Assembly (NCBI GenBank): GCA_964414825.1
Contig: CAYPZM010000005.1
Coordinates: 1-37,348 of the forward strand
DNA from: an uncultured Cytophagia bacterium
Lineage (GTDB): Bacteria; Zhuqueibacterota; Zhuqueibacteria; Residuimicrobiales; Krinioviventaceae
Length of the DNA: 37,348 bases
Reading direction: 5' to 3'
The position numbers were made by a program, and so were the translations under genes. Positions 27,590 through 35,979 of this stretch are shown here, one piece after another; the stretch's first letter is position 1; the number at the start of each line of letters is the position of its first letter. The notes beneath the pieces are model-generated. The model saw only the letters and a list, made by a program, of their open reading frames with translations, was not told the DNA's origin and did no database searches.

Positions 27590-27904
27590 TTATCTTCCTT
27601 TTTCTCATGGTTTAGAAAACATTTCTGCGAATTATGAGTATGTTGATTGAAAGATATCGAGCGTACGTGTGCAAAGAGGAGAATGTCCTGTTACACACTC
27701 TTTGTGTTCGGAATTATAAACAATGTATGGATTTGAACTTTATTTTCAAGAATTTTTCGAAAAAAAAATAGATCGTGTTGTAGCGCTTGCAAATAGTTCA
27801 AAAAGCATTATATTACCGTTCGAGAATGGGGGAAATTCTCACGAATTTGGGATGTTCAGACTTTTGCCAATTCAAATAGTTGTAACACAACCGGGAGCCA
27901 CATA

Positions 27905-28576
27905 ATGAATACTATCCTGTACGCTATCCCCATTTTAATCGTAACCGTGTCTTTGCTCATCCGCGCCGAGTTTCAAAATGCGCGCAAACAGATATATCTG
28001 TTTAAACCGCTATCCACATTGGTGGTGATTGCCGTTGCGGCGCTGTCTTTTTTTAATCCCGACAGCAATATCACATTTTCCAGTTTTGTTGTACTCGGCT
28101 TACTCTTTTCCTTCGCGGGCGATGTGGCGCTCATGTTTCAACAACATCGCAACGCTTTTCTGATCGGGCTGGTCGCTTTTCTAATCGGACATATCGCATA
28201 TGCTATAGGATTTTCTCTTTTTACCGGAATATCATCCCTCGATATTCTGACCGCTGTTCTTCTCCTCGCCGCCGGTTTTGGATTTTATCACCTTTTAAAA
28301 CCAAACCTTGGTTCTATGAAAATCCCGGTCATTTTGTACATGGTAATCATTTCTACCATGGTGAACCGGGCTTTTGCGGCTCTTGCGAGCCCTGTATTTG
28401 GCAAAACGCATGCATGGATGATTGCAGTTGGCGCGTTGCTGTTTTATCTTTCGGATGTGATGCTGGCGGCCAACAAATTTTGGAAACCGTGGCGATATCA
28501 TCGATTCAGCCTGGTGTTGTATTATGCCGGACAATTGCTCATCGCTCTTTCGGCAAATTGGTTCACACCTGTATGA
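27905..28576 (+). CDS. YhhN/TMEM86 family lysoplasmalogenase
   Basis: FKPL, GLLFSFAGDVALM, FLIGLVAFLIGHIAY, GALLFYLSD, YYAGQLLIA. Confidence 0.9.
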   Translation: MNTILYAIPILIVTVSLLIRAEFQNARKQIYLFKPLSTLVVIAVAALSFFNPDSNITFSSFVVLGLLFSFAGDVALMFQQHRNAFLIGLVAFLIGHIAYAIGFSLFTGISSLDILTAVLLLAAGFGFYHLLKPNLGSMKIPVILYMVIISTMVNRAFAALASPVFGKTHAWMIAVGALLFYLSDVMLAANKFWKPWRYHRFSLVLYYAGQLLIALSANWFTPV

Positions 28577-28679
28577 GACTGCCAGGCGAAAAGAGTTCAA
28601 CAGTAGTTATCCCTACCTAAACTCGATTATCTATAAACAAAAGAGCCACCATCAAAACATCTATGGCTGCAATTTTCTA

Positions 28680-28729
28680 TTGCAATTAAAGTATATTTCT
28701 GTAAATTATATATGTCAAAAACATATATA
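28680..28729 (+). promoter_or_regulatory. Promoter-like element plus perfect palindromic operator upstream of mrp
   Basis: TTGCAA-N16-TAAATT, then TATATATGT-CAAAA-ACATATATA (28707-28729). Confidence 0.6.
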
Positions 28730-28767
28730 TAAATAAAACATCTTTACACAATAAAGGACATTAAAAC

Positions 28768-29661
28768 GTGAACACGCCCCACTCTCAACCGACCAACGCA
28801 GATCAAGCCATGGAAGATCTGCAAATCGCACAAACTTTGGATCAAATCAAATATAAAATTCTGGTGTTTTCCGGCAAAGGCGGCGTTGGCAAAAGCACTG
28901 TCTCCGCCAATTTGGCTGTTGGTTTGGCGCTTGCGGGAAAAACAGTCGGACTTTTGGATATCGATTTTCACGGTCCCAGCATTCCCAAGCTCATGGGCCT
29001 GGCAGGTAAAAAACCGGATATGGCGGGTGACAAAATTTTGCCGCTAAACTTTTCCGAAAATCTAAAAGTGATGTCTTTGGGCATGTTGCTCAACACCGGC
29101 GATGATGCGGTTATCTGGCGCGGTCCCATGAAAAATGGCGCCATTCGCCAGCTCGTAAAAGATGTTGAGTGGGGCGAGCTGGATTATCTGATCGTCGATT
29201 CGCCGCCGGGCACAGGAGATGAGCCACTTTCGTTGGTGCAAACCATGCAAGACCTGACCGGCGCTATCGTGGTCACGCAGCCGCAGCAGCTTAGTGTGGA
29301 TGACGTTCGTCGCTCCATATCCTTCTGCGAAAAATTAAACCTGCCGGTTTTGGGCATTGTCGAAAATATGAGCGGATTCATTTGTCCCCATTGCGGTGAG
29401 GTTGTGGACATTTTTAAATCCGGTGGCGGCGAGGAATTGGCGCAACAGAAAAACATTCCGTTCCTCGGCAAAGTCCCCATCGATCCGTCAATCGTCGACG
29501 CGAGCGATGAGGGCAAACCGTTTGTTTATCATTTTGGCAAATTGCCTGCCGCCAAAGCGTTTGACGCCATTGTTGATCACGTGGTGCAGCATGTCGAGAG
29601 CGGTGAGCAAGTCGCTAAAGAAAAACCTGAGGATACGGCAAAAGATACAGAGAATGGCTGA
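28768..29661 (+). CDS. mrp: Mrp/NBP35 (ApbC) family Fe-S cluster carrier ATPase
   Basis: SGKGGVGKSTV, DIDFHGPSIP, VIWRGP, DSPPGTGDE, VENMSGFICPHC. GTG start with AAGGA RBS. Confidence 0.94.
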   Translation: MNTPHSQPTNADQAMEDLQIAQTLDQIKYKILVFSGKGGVGKSTVSANLAVGLALAGKTVGLLDIDFHGPSIPKLMGLAGKKPDMAGDKILPLNFSENLKVMSLGMLLNTGDDAVIWRGPMKNGAIRQLVKDVEWGELDYLIVDSPPGTGDEPLSLVQTMQDLTGAIVVTQPQQLSVDDVRRSISFCEKLNLPVLGIVENMSGFICPHCGEVVDIFKSGGGEELAQQKNIPFLGKVPIDPSIVDASDEGKPFVYHFGKLPAAKAFDAIVDHVVQHVESGEQVAKEKPEDTAKDTENG

Positions 29662-29835
29662 TTCTGTATTGCTCTCATGAAAAAAGCGAAAAACACATAT
29701 TCTCAAGAATAATTGCGTCGGCTATTTCTAATTTGTGCAAATGCATGTTCAGCGTTTTTTCAGGATAGTTCATCGTTTATATTATAATTTATCGATATGG
29801 AAGCTTCTTATTTCAATAAAAATGTAAAAGCGCCG

Positions 29836-31182
29836 ATGAACACATTTACCGATATCATCCTCGACAGCATCACGGATGGCGTTTTTACCGTGGATCAGGA
29901 GTGGCGTATCACTTCGTTTAACAATGCGGCTGAAGACATAACGGGCGTATCGCGCGACGAAGCCATTGGCCAATTCTGCAGCGATGTGTTTCGCGCCAGC
30001 GTGTGCGAGTCCGGTTGCGTGATGCGGGAGACTATGAAGACGGGCGAAGCGGTATTGTGCCGTTTGCTGTATATCGTGAATGCCGACGGCGAAAAAGTAA
30101 CTCTCAGTGTGTCCACCGCGCTGCTTAAGGATAGCGATGGCAACATTATAGGCGGCGTGGAAACGTTTCGGGATTTGCGCACCGTCGAGACTCTGCGAAA
30201 AACATTGAGAAAAAAGTACTCGTTTTGCGACATTGTTAGCAAAAATGCCGAGATGCAAAAGCTTTTCTCTATTTTACCGCAAATCGCCCAAAGCGACAGC
30301 ACGGTGCTCATTCAAGGCGAAAGCGGCACGGGTAAAGAACTGGTGGCGCGGGTGATTCATCACCTGTCGCCGCGACACACAAAGCCGCTGGTGGCAGTAA
30401 ATTGCAGCGCACTGCCGGATTCGCTACTGGAATCCGAATTATTCGGTCACAAGGCCGGCGCCTTTACGGATGCGCGCACGGATCGCAAGGGACGCTTTGC
30501 TCAAGCCGAGGGCGGCACGCTGTTCCTGGATGAAATCGGCGACATTACACCGGCACTACAGGCCAAGCTGCTGCGCGTGCTGCAGGAAAAAATTTATGAG
30601 CCGCTTGGCGCCAGCGAATCCGTTAAAGCGGATGTTCGCATTGTGGCGGCTACGAACAAAGACTTGTCCGAGTTGGTGGAACAGGGCGAGTTTCGGCAGG
30701 ATCTTTTTTATCGCATCAACGTGATCAAATTGACTGTACCGCCGCTGCGACAACGCAAAGAAGATATTCCACTCCTGGTTCGTCACTTTATTGACAAATT
30801 CAATCGTTTACAAGGCAAACAAATCCAAGACGTCTCTCCGGATGTGTTGCGCATTTTAATGCGCCATGATTATCCTGGCAATGTGCGCGAGTTGGAAAAT
30901 ATTATCGAACACGCGTTTGTGCTATGCAACGAGTTGATCATTCGCTCCGAACATCAGCCGTTTGAGCTGCAGGAACGGCAGTCCACAAAAACTCCTGCGG
31001 CTGACAGCACTTTGCAGCAAGTGGAAGCCGACTTTATTCGCGCCACATTGGAGAAAAATCATTGGAACCGCGAAAAAACTGCCGCCGAATTGGGCATGCA
31101 CAAGAGCACCTTGTTTCGAAAGATCAAAAAGCTGAATATCGACCTGCCGCCCTTGGATGGGCGGTCTGCCTCTCAAGAATAA
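29836..31182 (+). CDS. Sigma54-dependent enhancer-binding activator (PAS-AAA+-Fis HTH), OrpR-like
   Basis: PAS with C-x8-C-x3-C (CSDVFRASVCESGC), GESGTGKE, ESELFGH.AGAFTDA, LFLDEIGD, DLFYRINV, HTH. Start is 29797 or 29836. Confidence 0.92.
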   Translation: MNTFTDIILDSITDGVFTVDQEWRITSFNNAAEDITGVSRDEAIGQFCSDVFRASVCESGCVMRETMKTGEAVLCRLLYIVNADGEKVTLSVSTALLKDSDGNIIGGVETFRDLRTVETLRKTLRKKYSFCDIVSKNAEMQKLFSILPQIAQSDSTVLIQGESGTGKELVARVIHHLSPRHTKPLVAVNCSALPDSLLESELFGHKAGAFTDARTDRKGRFAQAEGGTLFLDEIGDITPALQAKLLRVLQEKIYEPLGASESVKADVRIVAATNKDLSELVEQGEFRQDLFYRINVIKLTVPPLRQRKEDIPLLVRHFIDKFNRLQGKQIQDVSPDVLRILMRHDYPGNVRELENIIEHAFVLCNELIIRSEHQPFELQERQSTKTPAADSTLQQVEADFIRATLEKNHWNREKTAAELGMHKSTLFRKIKKLNIDLPPLDGRSASQE

Positions 31183-31269
31183 GTTTTGTCCTCCTCGATT
31201 ATCCCGGCCTGGGGTCTGAACCCTGGCGAAGCTGTCGAAAAAGCTAACAACCAAGTCATGCCTACGGAG

Positions 31270-31448
31270 CAGGGCATTGCAGATTCAAACGACACTCTCT
31301 CGTTCCCCCGCTCTGCGGGGGAATTGCAGCATGGACGCTCGGCGTCCAGCACTTGTTGCGAGTTTCGGACGCAGAGCGTCCTATACTGCATTCCGCCGCG
31401 GGAGCGGCGGAACGAGAATGCTGGGACGGCCGATTCTGCAACAGCCTG
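31270..31448. mobile_element. Inner MITE-like insertion with 4-bp target-site duplication GGAG
   Basis: Ends CAGGGCATTGCAGATTC / GATTCTGCAACAGCCTG (13/17 match), flanked by GGAG at 31266-31269 and 31449-31452. Confidence 0.7.
31298..31417. repeat. TCTCGTTCC...GGAACGAGA REP doublet with internal GGACGC..GCGTCC palindromes
   Basis: Symmetric arrangement of four short palindromes inside inverted ends. Confidence 0.75.
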
Positions 31449-31561
31449 GGAGGCAGGCATCCATAACTCTATTAAAAATAGATTCCCGCCTTTGTGGGAG
31501 TGACTTGAGGAACGTGCTTTGGGGACTTTTTCGACAGCCTCGACAGGGATAGTCCCAACCA

Positions 31562-31690
31562 TTGCACAGTTGCACATATATCAATCATACAGTCGCAAGT
31601 CTGCAATTTTACAATCGATCAATAGCTTTTAGTAAGATTCGAAATATCAAGTGCTTGCGCCAAGTGCTCCAGTGTGGCATGCATATTGTT
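31562..31690 (+). promoter_or_regulatory. Sigma54 promoter region: two putative UAS, IHF site, -24/-12 element
   Basis: TTGCA-CAGT-TGCAC (31562) and TCGCA-AGTC-TGCAA (31593). TATCAAGTGCTTG (31645-31657) fits WATCAANNNNTTR. TGGCATGCATATTGTT (31675-31690) has GT rather than GC at -12. Confidence 0.68.
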
Positions 31691-31711
31691 TTAGAGTGGG
31701 AGAGGAAAACA

Positions 31712-32083
31712 ATGAGAATAGCCATCACAGATCATGAAAACCGCATTTCGCCGGTGTTTGATTCCAGCCAGTGGCTGCATGTGTTTGATGCGGACGGCAA
31801 CGGTATAGAGATGCATCAAGAGTACATCGGCGACCGGTCGCCGTTTGGCAAAATTGTCCGCCTCAAAGACCTGGGTGTGGATGTGCTTATTTGCGGCGCC
31901 ATCACGCGGCCGCTGCAGTTCGATCTTCTTCATGAACACATTCAGGTCTATCCCTTTGTGTGCGGTGATGCAAAAGTCATTTTGGATGATTTTCTCAAAA
32001 ACAAACGCATCGACGGGCGATTTGCCATGCCCGGTTATGGACAACAACGGCGGCGACAGCAACGACGCGGTGGTCACTTTTAA
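31712..32083 (+). CDS. NifB/NifX family protein (RISPVFD type) with Arg-rich tail
   Basis: MRIAI..RISPVFD, GVDVLICGAI, PFVCG, FAMPG. GAGG RBS. Confidence 0.85.
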   Translation: MRIAITDHENRISPVFDSSQWLHVFDADGNGIEMHQEYIGDRSPFGKIVRLKDLGVDVLICGAITRPLQFDLLHEHIQVYPFVCGDAKVILDDFLKNKRIDGRFAMPGYGQQRRRQQRRGGHF

Positions 32084-32102
32084 TCAATCAAAGGCCGAGA
32101 TT

Positions 32103-32474
32103 ATGAGAGTATATATCGATAAAGAGTTGTGCACCGGATGCAGCGTGTGTGTCAAGATTTGTGCTTTTGATGCGATTTCGCTGCAAGACGGCAAGGCTGT
32201 TGTGGATAAAAATCTGTGTCGCTATTGCGGCGCTTGCGTGCAAGAGTGCCGCTTTGGCGCGATTTCCATGCTGCCCGACGAACAGCCGGTCAACGCCAAT
32301 CCACCTGTGAATACTTCGGCGCATTCTCTTTTTAACATGCCATTTCAAAACAGAATATCGAATCGCCCCCCTGCTTTGGGAAACGGAAATGGTCGCGGCA
32401 TGGGCAGCGGCAGACGCGGCGGCAATAGACGCGGCAAGGGTAGCGGTCGCAAAATGGGACGCGGATTCCGGTAA
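32103..32474 (+). CDS. 2x[4Fe-4S] ferredoxin with Gly/Arg-rich C-terminal tail
   Basis: CTGCSVCVKIC and CRYCGACVQEC. Tail GRGMGSGRRGGNRRGKGSGRKMGRGFR. Confidence 0.88.
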   Translation: MRVYIDKELCTGCSVCVKICAFDAISLQDGKAVVDKNLCRYCGACVQECRFGAISMLPDEQPVNANPPVNTSAHSLFNMPFQNRISNRPPALGNGNGRGMGSGRRGGNRRGKGSGRKMGRGFR

Positions 32475-32519
32475 ATCCGCGGATCAATTAAATTTTCACC
32501 ATCAATAAAGGAGGTTCTT

Positions 32520-32852
32520 ATGCCTTTCGGAGATCGAACCGGCCCCTTGGGACAGGGTCCGATGACAGGACGCGGCGCGGGCTACTGCGCCGGTTATGAG
32601 ACACCCGGCTATGCCAATCCTGGCGGATTTGGCTTTGGTTTTGGACGGGGATTCGGACGAGGATATGGCCGTGGTTTTTATGGCCATGGAGTTGCCCCGC
32701 GATGGGGTTGGAATGTACCAGCCTCGGCTGCGCCTGAACCCAGTAAAGAGCAAGAACTTGACATGCTCAAAGGTCAGGCCGATGCCCTCAAACGCAGCCT
32801 GGAGCAGATTGAAAAACGCATGCAAGACCTGGAAGCCAAAGCAAATGAGTAG
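32520..32852 (+). CDS. DUF5320 family protein
   Basis: MPFGDRTGPLGQGPMTGRGAGYCAG, GFGRGFGRGYGRG, C-terminal coiled coil. AGGAGG RBS. Confidence 0.9.
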   Translation: MPFGDRTGPLGQGPMTGRGAGYCAGYETPGYANPGGFGFGFGRGFGRGYGRGFYGHGVAPRWGWNVPASAAPEPSKEQELDMLKGQADALKRSLEQIEKRMQDLEAKANE

Positions 32853-32859
32853 CAACCTG

Positions 32860-32885
32860 GCGAGTCAAGTTTATACTTGGCTCGC
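32860..32885 (+). terminator. Intercistronic hairpin after the DUF5320 gene
   Basis: GCGAGTCAAGT-TTAT-ACTTGGCTCGC with a weak U tail. Confidence 0.5.
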
Positions 32886-32939
32886 TTCATTCCAATAGGG
32901 TTCATTCCTGAACTTGAAACTCCAACAAGCGAGAAAAAC

Positions 32940-33809
32940 GTGAACATTTCACTCGATTGCATTCCATGCATAGTCAACAGCTTTGGACGGCTGCTCAAAC
33001 AAGACCATGTTCCGCAAGACAAACATGAAGAAGCCATGCGTCAATTGCTATCGTTCCTCGCAAGCGCGGACTATCGAAAATCGCCGCCGGAGCTAGGCCG
33101 GGAGATGCATCGATTGATTCGAGAAATCATCCAAAATTCCGATCCATATCGTGATATTAAAAGAGCTTCCAATCGTATGATGCTGGATGAGATCCTGCGA
33201 TTGCATCAACTCGTCGATGAATCCGATGATGCTTTTCAAACAGCGCTGCGTTTGGCTCTTGCCGGCAATGTCATTGATTATGGCCCACAAGATCGCCTGG
33301 ATATCTGGGAAACCATAGAGCGCGTCTTGCATGAGCCGTTTGCTGTGGATGATTCCAAAGTCTTGCGCCGAGATCTTGGCACCAGTCAACAGCTTTTATA
33401 TGTTGGCGATAATTGCGGCGAAATTGTGGCCGACAAGATTTTTCTCGAAACCATCGCGCATCCCAATGCCATTTTTGCTGTGCGTGGCGGGCCAACGATC
33501 AATGATGCAACAATGGAAGATGCCGTTGAGGTAGGAATTGATTCCTTGGCGACCATTTTAACCACCGGTGATGATGCGCCGGGTGCGGTGTGGGAGACCG
33601 CATCGCAGGAGTTCAAGGATATTTTCATGGCATCGGATGTGGTCATTGCCAAAGGTCAGGGCAATTCGGAAGGTTTGATTGATGTGGATCACAATATTTA
33701 TTTTTTATTCGTCACCAAATGCGAGTTGATCGCCAGTCGTGTGGGCGCGCGTAAAGGGGATTTTGTTGTGAAACGTCAAACGAGAACACGAAATGGGACA
33801 GATCAATGA
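32940..33809 (+). CDS. DUF89/ARMT1-like damage-control metal-dependent phosphatase
   Basis: DCIPC, DPY, ALAGNVIDYG, DNCGEIVAD, PTINDAT, VIAKGQGN.E, KC. GTG start at 32940. Confidence 0.9.
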   Translation: MNISLDCIPCIVNSFGRLLKQDHVPQDKHEEAMRQLLSFLASADYRKSPPELGREMHRLIREIIQNSDPYRDIKRASNRMMLDEILRLHQLVDESDDAFQTALRLALAGNVIDYGPQDRLDIWETIERVLHEPFAVDDSKVLRRDLGTSQQLLYVGDNCGEIVADKIFLETIAHPNAIFAVRGGPTINDATMEDAVEVGIDSLATILTTGDDAPGAVWETASQEFKDIFMASDVVIAKGQGNSEGLIDVDHNIYFLFVTKCELIASRVGARKGDFVVKRQTRTRNGTDQ

Positions 33810-33860
33810 GGATACATTAGACGTGGCTCATCTTGTCCAAACATTGTTTTTTTGTTACAA

Positions 33861-35903
33861 TTAGGGGTGCACTCCGAGTGCAACAAACACAACATGAGGC
33901 TGCCCAACAGATAGATCCGGTGTGCGGGCGATTTCAATCTCGGCATCGAAAAGATTGTGAGCGCCAACGCCGAGTTGCAGTCCGCCTGATATGTTATAGG
34001 ACAGTTGCGCATCGACTTGGGTAAAGGCATCGAGTAAAAAACGGTTCTGATCGTCATCGAACTGTTTGGATTCAAGTTGCAGGTCGAATAGAATCGTAAA
34101 TTTTGAAAAACGATACTTGACACCCACATAGCCAAAGTGTTTGGGAACCTGGGGCGTTGAATTACCGACGAGTTCGGCTTGCGCCGCATCGGTAATTTTA
34201 GAATCGGTAAACACATAATTGCTGCGCAGCCGCAACGCTTCAGTGATGCTCCAGTTACCCTCAAGTTCGATCCCCCGCGAGCGCACGGCACCGACATTTT
34301 GCCGCTGTCGCATAATCAGCGATTCGGACACCTCGAGCGTGGCGTTGCTGATGGCATCCTGCAAATTCATCTGAAACAAAGTGATCGACATATCAGCTTG
34401 TTGAAAATAAACGTCCACACCAAGCTCTAATCCCGTTACAAATTCGGGCGTCAGGTGGCGGTTGGGCGACGTGATGACATCGCCGACGCGAAAGCCGCGA
34501 TACAACTCGTTCAGCGTGGGTGAGCGAAAGGAGCGGTAGGCCGCGCCTCGAAATTTGAGATTGGAAATCGGATTCCAGGCCGCCGAAAGGCGCGGACTGA
34601 ACACGCCTTCCGTCGAACCGGGCCGTCCACCTAAAATTGCCGAGCCGTCGGAGAGTGGCGTAAGCAAAGAATCGGTTTGCGAATTTTGCACCCGATCGTA
34701 GCGCATGGAGGCGCTGACATTTAGAATTTTTCCTGCCTGCCATTGATCCTGCACATAGATTCCCCAATTCGTCTGTCGCCCCCCCACATCCAAAAGCGAG
34801 CGAGCCTCACCGTTCCAGTAAGACGTTTCATGGCTGACGCCTTGTTTTTTGTTAAAGGACAAACCAAATTGCAAGTGATGTGCGGGGAGCACGAATCTAC
34901 TTATAAGATCTGACACCCACATGTGCGAAGGCACACGTTGCGAGCGCACCCGTTGCTCACTAGTGCGGTTTACCGCCACAGCGCTAAAGGATTGATTAAA
35001 GGTTTGCGAATGATACAACGTCTGCCATTCGAGCGAAAACCGCGGCGAGACTTGATACATCAACTCGCCATCCACAGTGTACAATCGGGTGTCGTTTTGT
35101 TGAATCTTGGTGCCATTGTCGCGGTGCTCATCAAACAAAGTTCCGCCAAGTCGCCATATCCAGTGATTCCTGGAAAAACGCACATCAGTCGACAATTGAT
35201 TGTAAACCGCATGAGCTCGGGTATCCACCTGGCCGCGTTGCTCTTGCGGAATTTTGTAATAATTGCCCATTTTTCCGCTTTTAGCTGCGACATGCAGATT
35301 TAAATTGGAATTCAATGTTTTTACAAGGGATGCGGATAGATCGTAAGCGCCTGTTGAGTGGCCTTGTGCAATCAGACGTGTATGAGAAGACATATCGGGC
35401 AAAAATTGAATGATGCCGCTGATCGGGCTGGAGCCATACAGCGAGCTGCCCCCGCCGCGCACAATTTCCACACGGTCAATGGCGGCAGCGTTCAAGCGGC
35501 TCCAATATACCCAGCCGCCAAACGGATCGTTCATCGGCAGGCCCTGCCATAACACCAAGGAGCGCGATGCACCGGAGGGCCCAATGCCACGCAAGGAGAC
35601 ACCCTGAATGGTGGGATTGGAGATGGCGCTGGAGCTGCGGCGAAACAGCGAAAATCCGGGGGTGTGTTGGAGAATTTCATCAACCGCAGGAGTGACGACA
35701 TGGGATTCGCGAAAATCAATGCGTGAGATGCTGAAAGGTGACGCAACTGCCGGCGTGGCGTCACGAAACGCCGTAATAGTTACCACACTATCTGCCTCGT
35801 AAAATTGAATCTTCGATTGCGCAAAAGCCGGTGACATCGCTAGTAGCAAAGTCAGAAAAATAGTCGTTGTTCGCTTTTTCCGTTTCATCGGTGAATTCAA
35901 CAT
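33861..35903 (-). CDS. TonB-dependent receptor
   Basis: Signal peptide, plug PGFSLFRRSSS..NPT.QGVSLRG, DPFGGWVYW, IDRVEIVRGGGSSLYG, FRSPTLNELYR, HNLFD. Confidence 0.9.
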   Translation of the reverse strand: MLNSPMKRKKRTTTIFLTLLLAMSPAFAQSKIQFYEADSVVTITAFRDATPAVASPFSISRIDFRESHVVTPAVDEILQHTPGFSLFRRSSSAISNPTIQGVSLRGIGPSGASRSLVLWQGLPMNDPFGGWVYWSRLNAAAIDRVEIVRGGGSSLYGSSPISGIIQFLPDMSSHTRLIAQGHSTGAYDLSASLVKTLNSNLNLHVAAKSGKMGNYYKIPQEQRGQVDTRAHAVYNQLSTDVRFSRNHWIWRLGGTLFDEHRDNGTKIQQNDTRLYTVDGELMYQVSPRFSLEWQTLYHSQTFNQSFSAVAVNRTSEQRVRSQRVPSHMWVSDLISRFVLPAHHLQFGLSFNKKQGVSHETSYWNGEARSLLDVGGRQTNWGIYVQDQWQAGKILNVSASMRYDRVQNSQTDSLLTPLSDGSAILGGRPGSTEGVFSPRLSAAWNPISNLKFRGAAYRSFRSPTLNELYRGFRVGDVITSPNRHLTPEFVTGLELGVDVYFQQADMSITLFQMNLQDAISNATLEVSESLIMRQRQNVGAVRSRGIELEGNWSITEALRLRSNYVFTDSKITDAAQAELVGNSTPQVPKHFGYVGVKYRFSKFTILFDLQLESKQFDDDQNRFLLDAFTQVDAQLSYNISGGLQLGVGAHNLFDAEIEIARTPDLSVGQPHVVFVALGVHP

Positions 35904-35979
35904 GGCGTTAGATTTTAAAATTCCAATTCATCTTCAAGCAGTCGGAACGGATAAGGCAGAGTAATGGCATAGTCCAAGT

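Larger units (their letters stand above)
31255..31504. repeat. GTCAT...GTGAC REP-like doublet, interrupted by an insertion
   Basis: Removing 31270-31452 rebuilds GTCATGCCTACGGAGGCAGGCATCCA...GATTCCCGCCTTTGTGGGAGTGAC. Confidence 0.7.
31227..31542. mobile_element. Non-autonomous MITE-like element with nested repeats
   Basis: Terminal inverted repeats CGAAGCTGTCGAAAAAG / CTTTTTCGACAGCCTCG (16/17 match). No transposase inside. Confidence 0.75.

Noticed and set aside
27590-27904. Short ORFs in the flavodoxin-yhhN divergent spacer (including the 60-aa call at 27723)
   Set aside because: No properly spaced RBS or recognisable motif. Most likely promoter DNA.
31221-31548. CRISPR array or tRNA
   Set aside because: The repeats are inverted and nested rather than direct with unique spacers. 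No cloverleaf and no cas genes.
31173-31584. Several 67-134 aa ORFs on both strands
   Set aside because: They arise from the GC-rich palindromic repeat nest and show no transposase motifs.
31845-32102. N-terminal extension of the ferredoxin ORF
   Set aside because: Overlaps the NifX-type gene in another frame. The ferredoxin domain starts at ATG 32103.
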